A stretch of DNA of 64,000 nt. Origin: a virus (Duplodnaviria > Heunggongvirae > Uroviricota > Caudoviricetes). Positions within the stretch are counted from its first letter, which is position 1, and each line of letters starts with the position of its first letter. The notes under the pieces are model-generated. The model was given only the letters and a program-made list of their open reading frames with translations, was not told the origin of the DNA and did no database searches. Where the stretch lies: the IMG/VR virus record IMGVR_UViG_2878930440_000003. The stretch is one strand, 5' to 3'. The position numbers and the translations under genes were made by a program. Below are positions 37,224 through 46,300 of the stretch, piece after piece.

Positions 37224-38150
37224 TTAAATCAAACCTCGTTCCTTGAACTCATTCATCAATGGGGTTGCCAAGACCTCAATATCTGGATGAGGCTTTCCAG
37301 TAGTTCCTTTTGATCGCAAATCGAAGAAATGAAGCCAATCACTCACGAATGCGGTATGAATCAACTCCGTGTTGGTATCAAGAGGAAGAACAGTTCTCGC
37401 ATCTTGTGGCTTTAAACCATCATCCTTAACCAAAGACAAATACATCATTTCACATACTCTATTGGCAAACCACCATTTTTCTACCGGACTCCAATGCTCA
37501 TAACTACCGATGTTCTTTGATAGGTCAACAAATGTTCCACCATCAAAAGACGATGGATTAACCGCATCATCTTCACCAACCCACTTTGGTTTGTTGATAG
37601 CAATCTCGCCTCCGAACTTATCCTTACTATAGTTGCAATATCTAGTGCTTTGTTCCGCTACGGAATCTACACGATGTCTGTTAGCCTCTCTACTTACCGC
37701 AATCTGAGTAGTAAAGCGGACGGTTATTCGCTTCTCATGCCATTCCGTAGGCTCGCAGATATAGTCCAAATCCTCAAACCAATTATTTTCAACTATCACT
37801 CTGTAGTTGGTTGTGATATAGTAATCGTTACCTATCTGCATCACCTTTGAATATTTGTTCTCACGATAGTGCTTGACCAATAAAGACTCCGGCACAAAAA
37901 ATCCTTCTTCATAGGCTACATGGAGGTAAATCGTTCCATGCTCACACATGGCAAGATGGTTGCTGCTTACCATACGCTCAACGAAAGGCTTTGCACTGTC
38001 TTTGTCTATCTTCATACTTGACGCATAGCAAGTGCGACCGCATAACTCTATCTGCTTGTAAACTCCATCCATACCCTCACCTTGGGATAGGATTTCATAT
38101 TTTGGTTCTAATATCTTCATGTCCTTATAAGTTTTGAAATTCGACCACAA
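37224..38150 (-). CDS. thyX: flavin-dependent thymidylate synthase ThyX
   Basis: ThyX signature RHRVDSVAEQSTRY (RHR-x7-S). Confidence 0.75.
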   Translation of the reverse strand: MWSNFKTYKDMKILEPKYEILSQGEGMDGVYKQIELCGRTCYASSMKIDKDSAKPFVERMVSSNHLAMCEHGTIYLHVAYEEGFFVPESLLVKHYRENKYSKVMQIGNDYYITTNYRVIVENNWFEDLDYICEPTEWHEKRITVRFTTQIAVSREANRHRVDSVAEQSTRYCNYSKDKFGGEIAINKPKWVGEDDAVNPSSFDGGTFVDLSKNIGSYEHWSPVEKWWFANRVCEMMYLSLVKDDGLKPQDARTVLPLDTNTELIHTAFVSDWLHFFDLRSKGTTGKPHPDIEVLATPLMNEFKERGLI

Positions 38151-38308
38151 AGATAGCTATTATATTCCACTCTACCAAAAATTAGCACTCAGTTTAACAA
38201 CACTTATCTATATTGTGAAAAACAAAAACTTTCACCATAATTCTTATCCATATCTCTTAAATATTTAATGTCCAAAGTCCGGTGCAGTTTAGCGTGTGCC
38301 TAAATCTA

Positions 38309-38608
38309 TTACAAATCACACTCGTATGAGTATTGCTTTTTCAGCTTGTTCAATGCATTCTCGGTAACGTAGTAGATGTTATCGAAATATTCGCTTTTCT
38401 TGATGCTTCGGCTTTCTTTCAGCTCTACCTTGTGATTGAATGTCACTTCGTAGCGGTTTGCGATGCTTGTAATCAAGAAATCAACCTCACGCTTGCGTTT
38501 GTCCAGCTCGGTCTCTTTATACTCACCACGCTTGATAAATGCGTCCTTGTTCGTCTCTTCGATGGTTGCAACCATGTTGCCTTGCATCACGATAATCTTT
38601 GCGCTCAT
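38309..38608 (-). CDS. hypothetical protein
   Basis: 99-aa ORF. Confidence 0.4.
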   Translation of the reverse strand: MSAKIIVMQGNMVATIEETNKDAFIKRGEYKETELDKRKREVDFLITSIANRYEVTFNHKVELKESRSIKKSEYFDNIYYVTENALNKLKKQYSYECDL

Positions 38609-38641
38609 ATCTAGTTTCTTTTCAAATCCTTAATAACCTTG

Positions 38642-38977
38642 TTAAGCAACTCTAATCAAGTTGTAGTTCTTGAATTGTCTCCACTCGCCCTTGACTTCAT
38701 CCCAATACTTTGTGCAGTCCTTGCAAGCGTAACCCTTGCCGTTAGTAGTGTAGTCAATATGACTCTCCATCAAAGTGCCGAAAGCCTGACGAATCTCACC
38801 ATTCATCTTCTGAAAGTAGAACTCAACAACCTGCTTCTTCATGCGAGCCTTCAGCTTGATTACCTGCCAAGCTTGCTTCAAGCATTCTGCCCAACTCATA
38901 TAAGCACCTTTAAGCTGAAAGGCTCTGTGTGCCATATTCATCACTTCTCTCATCATATTCTTAAATGTAGTAGCCAT
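38642..38977 (-). CDS. DUF2693-like (SH3 beta-barrel) protein
   Basis: ...EFYFQKMNGEIRQAFGTL...KYWDEVKGEWRQFKNYNLIRVA; paralog of 51189..51527. Confidence 0.45.
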   Translation of the reverse strand: MATTFKNMMREVMNMAHRAFQLKGAYMSWAECLKQAWQVIKLKARMKKQVVEFYFQKMNGEIRQAFGTLMESHIDYTTNGKGYACKDCTKYWDEVKGEWRQFKNYNLIRVA

Positions 38978-39011
38978 AATCTTTCAATTTTAAACGTTAA
39001 ACTTAAATTAC

Positions 39012-39194
39012 TTACTTTGCAAGTCCGATGCTCTCACGCAAGAAGCTCTTAGCCTCATCGTTGTTCATATTGAGCTTTATTGTTATCATATTCAACATTC
39101 TATCAACGTCCTTTTGGGTGTTTATCCTGTTGCTTACGAACTCTATCATAACGAACTTCTGAATCAAGTTTCTTCTTATCATTGAAGTAGTCAT
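39012..39194 (-). CDS. hypothetical small protein
   Basis: 60 aa; starts MTTSM like the 51189..51527 paralog and is preceded by the same palindromic leader. Confidence 0.35.
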   Translation of the reverse strand: MTTSMIRRNLIQKFVMIEFVSNRINTQKDVDRMLNMITIKLNMNNDEAKSFLRESIGLAK

Positions 39195-39203
39195 ATTGCT
39201 ATA

Positions 39204-39226
39204 CCGTTTTACGAGTGCCGACTCGG
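39204..39226 (-). promoter_or_regulatory. conserved palindromic leader element (copy 1)
   Basis: ccgttttaCGAGTgccgACTCGg, 10-32 nt upstream of the ATG at 39194; an identical 23-mer occurs at 51537-51559. Confidence 0.5.
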
Positions 39227-39285
39227 AGGTGCAACCTCAGCTAAATTAATAATGTTATTGTGACCTTTGTTTCTTAATCACGATG

Positions 39286-39317
39286 CAAAGGTAACGTATT
39301 TACGTTATACTACCAAA
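39286..39317 (-). promoter_or_regulatory. Bacteroidetes sigma-A type promoter
   Basis: Minus sense TTTG-N20-TAccTTTG; the spacer contains the palindrome TAACGTA-TT-TACGTTA. Confidence 0.5.
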
Positions 39318-39470
39318 TATTTTATAAAGAAAATATAACGTATTTAGGTTAATTAACAGATATTCATTTGTAACGTACTATTCTTTAAACTTCGTTAATA
39401 CTTTTACGTATATATGCTACATTTTAAATATTATTCTTATCTTTGCAAGAAAATATCAATGTAACGTATT
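39291..39470. promoter_or_regulatory. cluster of GTAACGTAYT operator-like repeats in the divergent intergenic region
   Basis: Copies at 39291-39300, 39336-39345, 39370-39379, 39404-39413 (variant) and 39461-39470; the first lies in a 16-bp palindrome. Confidence 0.45.
39438..39445 (+). promoter_or_regulatory. candidate -7 element (TAtcTTTG) for the HTH regulator gene
   Basis: Plus-strand TTATCTTTG 33 nt upstream of the ATG at 39478; no clean -33 TTTG. Confidence 0.3.
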
Positions 39471-39477
39471 ATGTATT

Positions 39478-39780
39478 ATGAGATTTAAAGATGTTCTTAA
39501 TAAATATGGTGTAACGCAACAAGACTTAGCAGACCGGATGGGTATGAATAGAGTTTCGGTTTCTCGTTTACTTAGCGAGAAAAACGACTTGCGTATATCA
39601 ACTATCGAAAAAATAGCAAACGCTATAGGCTGTCCTGTAGCAGAATTGTTTGATAAGCAGAACAAAGTAGATGCTATGAGTGATTTCATCGCCCTAATAA
39701 AGCAAGGTGGTGAGTTGTATTCCGCATCATCCATCACTGAGGCTAGGGACGTGCTGGACAAGCTGGAAAGTGTTAAGTAA
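39478..39780 (+). CDS. HTH transcriptional regulator (XRE/Cro-CI-like)
   Basis: GVTQQDLADRMGMNRVSVSRLLSEKNDLRISTIEKIANAIGCPVAELF helix-turn-helix pattern. Confidence 0.6.
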   Translation: MRFKDVLNKYGVTQQDLADRMGMNRVSVSRLLSEKNDLRISTIEKIANAIGCPVAELFDKQNKVDAMSDFIALIKQGGELYSASSITEARDVLDKLESVK

Positions 39781-39828
39781 CGTAAGGAACATTCCTTGCA
39801 AGTATTAATAATTAAAACTTTTACGACT

Positions 39829-40269
39829 ATGACAGATTTTTTCAATTTGAGAGGTGCAGCGGTATTCCGTGTTCTCTCGTTAATTAGTGTAATAGCACTA
39901 GGGTTAACTATCTTATTGTTTGTCATCGGCTTGATGATGGGCTTCTTTGGAGAGCAGGAGACGAAGGCGATAGGATGGGCAATGGTTGGATTCTCAATCT
40001 CTTCCTTTTTCTCTTGCCTATTCATGTTCGGCTTCTGCTACCTGATTAAGATAGCTAAGTCTTACGACAAGGATGAGCAAGAGGACAACAAGGAAATAGT
40101 ATTCCAATACAAGGGCTACAAAGGCACTTTCACAAAGGATGACAATACTGGAAGGTTTGATGGCCACATCATCGGGACAAGCTATTCCTACTCTGGCTAC
40201 AGCCTTTCTGAGACAGAACTTGCATTTCAAGCGAGAGTTGACGAATTACTGGAAGAAAAGAAACTATAA
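39829..40269 (+). CDS. small two-TM membrane protein
   Basis: Probable start MTDFFNL inside the 39796..40269 ORF; two hydrophobic helices (VFRVLSLISVIALGLTILLFVIGLMMGFF and AMVGFSISSFFSCLFMFGFCYLI). Confidence 0.4.
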   Translation: MTDFFNLRGAAVFRVLSLISVIALGLTILLFVIGLMMGFFGEQETKAIGWAMVGFSISSFFSCLFMFGFCYLIKIAKSYDKDEQEDNKEIVFQYKGYKGTFTKDDNTGRFDGHIIGTSYSYSGYSLSETELAFQARVDELLEEKKL

Positions 40270-40307
40270 AAAGAAAGAGGAGCGCATCAGACGTTCCTCT
40301 TCTTTGT

Positions 40308-43300
40308 TTACAATCTACTCATCTTATCTTTCAATTCGTGTATATCATTGAATGCTTGCAACATAGGCTTATGCCATCGCTCTTGTCTCTCATCAATCGA
40401 CTGCAAGTACATCAAGCTTTGTGCAAGGATAGTCCTACCCTCATCAACAGCTAACCAAATGTTACCTACATTACCCATAATAGTATTCACGCTAGCTGTT
40501 AGTAAGCTACCCTCTGCGCCACCATCACGAGCCGCAATAGCATCCAACTTGGTATTTATGAGTTTTGTTTCCTCATACGTTCCCTCCGTAGCGATCTGCA
40601 CCGCTGTAAAACGACCATTCAACTCATCGCCTGTGTCTTGACTCATTGATTCAAAAGAACCGGAAGAAGCGGACTGCTCGTAAGATTGCTTGTAACCCGT
40701 AATTTCGGCTACTTCATCTCTAATCTTCAGTCCTTCTTGAACCATTTCATCATACTTTCCCTTCAAGGCAGTTATATCTGTCTTTGACAATTTACCACCA
40801 TTTGCCTCAGCTCGTTCCGCCCATTCGTCATAGAATGCTTGCATATCATTTCCCAACAAATCATCCACCTTAGCTTTCAGAACGGCTTGCATAAGCATCT
40901 TGGAGAAATTATCAGAGAAGTCTTGAGCAGAGGAATTCATATCCATCAAAGTATCTATGAACTCGCTCTTCAAACTATCAAAAGATATTTGCGTCAAGCT
41001 TTCTGCAAGGTCATCAGCAATTTCCTCTAATGTTCCAGCCTCAGCCGCATAGTCTTTCAACTTTTCAAGAACTCTACCTCCATAGCCACCCTTACCTGTA
41101 TTCTTGATAGCCTCAACCATATCTGGATTCTGCAAAATGGCAGCTGCTTCATCAGCAGATTGCAAGTCGTTAAGATTACCATTCCATTGTCTGCCTATTG
41201 CTTCGGACACCTTTTTGATTTGCTCTTGCGAAAATCCTCGAAAATAAGCGTTAAAACTGTGATGAGAGCCATGATAACCCATTTGCGCCTCCATGATACT
41301 CTTTAAATTTTGTTCTTTCTCCTTTTGGAGGTTTTCGGCTTTTTTAGCGTCCTCTACGGCTTTAATACCACTATTCTTGTCTATGGAGTCTCGTAACTTG
41401 TCTATAGCATCCGTCAAGATTTCATTTCTATCCGTCAATTTATCTATAGTCCGGTTTACTTCTTTTGCGTTCCCACCAACTCCAAACAAACTATTGAATC
41501 CACCAAACGATATTGTATTGAGAATATTACCAATGCCGCTTACCAAAGACCCTCCAATCTGAGTTATAAAATCGCCACTTAGAATATTCTTTAATATGCC
41601 GTTGACCGCATTCAGAACTGTATCAATCAAGCTACTAATCAATGTTCCAATACCATCTTTCAAAACATCAAGTATCTTCAAGATGGCAGATACGATTTGA
41701 CCTATTAATCCAGCTTTTGACAATCCTTCACTTAGCGCATCACCAGCTTTCTTGCCAGCGGCTGCGGCTGCGTCTGCGGCTGCCTTACCCATATCCTTCA
41801 AACCATCAGCCGCATTCTTAGCCTCGTCCAAAGCTTTCAATCCATCAATTCCACCTTTAAGCTGATCGAAGCTATCCCAAAGAGATGCTAAATCAGATAG
41901 TCCAGAAGTAGAAAGGAACTCATGGATAGCAGAAATCGGTTGCGTCACATTCTGTGTCGTTTGAGCCAACTTCTGACCACTAGTACGGACTTTTGTGTTA
42001 GCCGTAACAATCTTCTTTCCGGACTCCGCTAACTGACCTTGTACTTTATTCAAATCATTTTGCAATCTAGCTTGCTCTGCGACATTGCCCGACTTTTTCG
42101 CATTCGCTATCTGATTTTGCAAATCCTTAATGCGAGGTGTAAGCTTGGTTTCTGTTTCAGTATATTCCTCTTGGGCAATTTTCGCATTCTTCAGAGCCTC
42201 CTGATAAGCTACAACGTCCCTTGCAAGGTCTTTCCAACCCAAATCACTTGTATTACCAATCGAATTACGGATATTCTGCATAGCATCAACTATACTCTTC
42301 TGCTGGTCTGCACCCAAATTTTGGAACTTATCCGTACCTACGAATTTATCCAGATCTGCCAATAAAGGAACAAGCGCATCTTTCATAATTCCACCAACAT
42401 TTCCGAAGACTTGATACCAGTCTATCTTCTGCATAATAGCACTAGTCTCAACCGAATCCGTCTCTTTCTTCTGCTCTTCTTTCAAAGATTTTATCTTCCA
42501 TTGCTTGTTTGAGTCCGAATCCGTAGAGTTTTCAACCTCGCTAATCCTCTTAGCATAATCGGCAGCAATAGCTAACTTCTGCTCTTGGAATGTACCATAA
42601 GTCTTCAGATAATCGTACATGCTTTGCGCTTCTTTAGCAAGCACATCCTCATTCTGCTTTACAGCCTTATCCCGAATTGCATTCATCTGATTAGCAACGT
42701 TCATGCCTATGGTCAACTCCATGCCATTTACCTTAACCGGATTACCCTTGCTGTCCTTCATGGTTTCATTCAAAACCTCATTCTTGTACTCTTCATCGGT
42801 TTTGCTCTGTTTCCACATATTAGCCTTACGACCTTTGCCGGAATTAACCCAAACAGCTTGGTCACGCTTTTTCCTAGCCTCAACCAATTTGTCTATACCA
42901 TCTTCTACCGCTTTTTTCTCCTTGTCGGCATTCTCGGTAATCTGAGCCAATTCCTTGCTATAACCCTCATTCATCGCATTAATGCGGTTCTTGGTCATGT
43001 CTTGGATAGCTTTCTCCGAATAGGAAGAAATAGACTTGGCATAGTCCTCCTCAGCCTTGCGCTTATTACCAGCCTTTGTCTCGGCATCATTCCTAGCCTT
43101 TTCAGCATCCCTAGCCGCTTTCTCTCTTGCCTTCCTCTCCTTATCTATCTCCTTTTGGCTTTTCTTCGGCTTACTTTCGATGTTGTTACCTCTTGCTTGC
43201 ATCATAGCCAATTCGTTTGCGACCTGTTCGTAAGTCTTATATTGACCTCCAACTTGAAGAACATCCCCTTTTTTGTGTCCGTCAAGCCAGTTCTTTCTCA

Positions 43301-46300
43301 CAGCCATACTCGCTTTCAACTGAGACTGAGACATATTCTTAATCCATGCAGGAAGCTCACTATCATCATAGTTAACCTTAATATCAAGATGTAACTTTCT
43401 ACTGCACAACTTTATTGTCTCTTGGATTTCACTATTCAAATCCTTGAAGCTCTTCTTTGCATATTGATTTTTCAAAGCTTGTTCCTCTTGCGCATAAGTC
43501 AACTTAGATGTGGCTTTTCTCGCACGTTCTGCGGCATTGACGCTATTATTTATAGAATCAACCGTACCATCCAACTCAACTTTGTTGCTAACAAGCCCAT
43601 CAGTAAAGTCGTTTATATCAGGAATCATCTGAGCCACCTCAGAACGGCTATGGTGCATATTTTCGAGATAAGTTCCTATTTTTACATTCAACTCCCCTTG
43701 TAATTGGGAATATTGAGCATTCAATGCGTTGTACACCTTTAAATCTCCACCACAAGCATTCATCTCCTTTCGCAGTTCAGCTAACTTGTCTATGTCATCC
43801 TGACTTACGAGACTTCGAATAGTACCCATTTCTACATCAGACAACTTATCATCTATAGAATCTTTAAATGAGCTGAAAGATGAATCATTTGAAGAATTAT
43901 AATTATCATAAGCCTCTTGTAATTGATTTGCACGCTCCATTTCAAGAGAACGCTTTTCAATTATACCGATAAGTTCTTCTTCATGCTCCTTTAACTCATT
44001 AGCTTGCTCACTCATGCTTTGAGACTTCATTTTAGTCTCATCCAATTTTACCCCATATTCTTCATAAGCAGACTTCAATTCATTTATTGTGTTCTTATGG
44101 TCTTCTGCCTCGCCATTTTCCAAAACCGCAAACAAGGAACGAACCTTATTACTAGCCTCAGCAGCCTTATTACCCATGTTTTGAGTCTTCTTAGCAACAT
44201 CTTCCTCGTCACTTCCGAACATCGCAAAAACGGACATTGCGGTTGTTACCAGAGTAATGATAGTAGTTAGAGGATTTGCAAGCATTGCAGCCCATAGCTC
44301 CCTCATACTAACGGTAACGGCATTAGTAGCCCATGTTAACACATTTTGAGCTAATGCTAACCCTTTTGTGCCAACAGATAATATAGAGGTAACAAGGGAA
44401 TTCCGTTCCTTTGCTCCTGTATTTACGTTCTCGGACGTTGTATTTACATTAGTAGCCGCAGTATTAGCTGTCTTTGAAGTCGAGTTTGCCGTATTAGCAA
44501 TAGTTTCCGAAGAAGTAGCATTTGCATTAGTACTTTTTGCGGTTGCATTGCTAGCTTCAGAAGTAGTATTGGTTTGTGTAGCAGTAGTTGCCGCCTCCGT
44601 AATGCTAATCTTACCATCCTCTATATCTATTCCTTGCTGAACAATATCCCCAATTTCATCTGCCGCTGCTCCTGTCTCTTTATAGACCTCGGTTTCATTC
44701 TCTTCGGCTTCTGTCAACTTCTCAGTCGTAGTCTGAAGTTCCTGTTGGATAGCCTTACGCTTTGCGTTAGAACTTTCGTATTCCTCATCCGCTTGCTGAC
44801 GCTTTTGCATCAGCTCTTCCAATTTCGCTTGTTCTGCCCCGTATTGAACTATTGAACTATTTTCGTTATCCGAAAAAGAATCCGCATAGCCACCAAATGA
44901 AGTCGTATCAACCGCCCCATTATCATAGACCAATTCCTTTTCTTTCTGTTCTATGATTTGCTGCTGCTTTTTTATTTCCTCATCAAGTTGAGCAAGGACT
45001 ATTCTCTTTTCACGAGCCTCATCCATCGCTTTATCGTAACTCTCTTGCTGCAAGTCTACTTTCTTCTGTAAGGCGTTAGTTTCCAATAGAGCCTTACCAT
45101 AAGCGGTTTCATTTGCCTTGGCTATTTTTTGTTTAAGGGCAGCCTCAGCCTTTGCTTGTTCCGCAGCCTTATTTGCAGCAGCGATGTCGTCTTCTTGCGA
45201 TTTTTTTGCACGCAACTCTTCTTCTGCGGCTTCTTTGGCGTTTACCGCATTTTGCCATTGGAGTTGTTCTTTCTCCGCAAGTCTTGTCTGCTCAACCAAG
45301 AGGTCACGCTTCAACTGGAGTTGTTTAGCCATTTCTTCGCTAATCAACCCCTCAGATTTCGCTAATTCTATCTGCTTAGATATGCGTTTCTCCGTTTCAT
45401 CATCACCGATATTTTCGGTATCGGACAAAGCATTCCCCAACTCATTATAACGGCTTGCCTTATAATCTTTGGTATCTTTTCCGTTAAGATGTCGGTAATC
45501 ATTTTCCATTTCCTTGAACTGAGCCATTTTCTCATCAAGTCCCTTGGAAAGTTCCAAAGCCTCCATCTGTTCTTTAGCAGCAGATTGTTGCTGAGTGACA
45601 AGCATATCACGTTTAAGTTGCAATTGCTCTGCCATTTGTTGGGTTATGATTCCATCGGTCTGAGCCTCTTTGATTTTAAGAGACACAAGTTCCTCGGCCT
45701 TATCCGTACCCAACATATCAGTATTAGAAACAGCCTTATTCAAATCCGAAAGTCTTTGGCTCTTATATTCGGATGTATCTTTTCCGGTGTAGGAATGATA
45801 CAATTCAGCTTCATCTTTGTACGCTTTTATCTTTTCGTCAAGATTACTTGCAATACTATCAAGTGTAGCTTTGTTTTGAGCTTTTTGGATGGATGCTGCC
45901 GCCATCAGACCTGCCTTATACGTGCCTACGGCTACCGCAGCCGAACCAATAACTTTAACGACCGTCTCCCAATTGTCAACCAAAGACGAAATCAAGTCTA
46001 AACCAGTGCCAAATATTCCTTGCGACTTCTTGCCGAGTTCGTTAAACATCTGGTCAACGCTATCGCCAATGTTAGACCATTTTCCTTGCAAGGTTGTGGA
46101 TTGCTTTTCCATCAGTCCACCAAACTTGCCGCCCTCTTCGGTCATGTTGATGATAGCTTTTTTCACCAAATCAGCTCCGACCTTTCCATCTGTAACCGCT
46201 TGCTGAACCTCTTGGGTTGTCTTGCCCATGATTTTACCAAGCTCCTCAGCCATCGGGATGCCTCTGCCCATAAACTGACGCAAGTCCATCGTGTACATGC

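Noticed and set aside
39456-40025. 189-aa minus-strand ORF spanning the HTH regulator and membrane-protein genes
   Set aside because: It is antisense to a clearly recognisable XRE-type HTH gene and a TM protein on the plus strand. It is low-complexity and has no promoter, so I treat it as a spurious shadow ORF.
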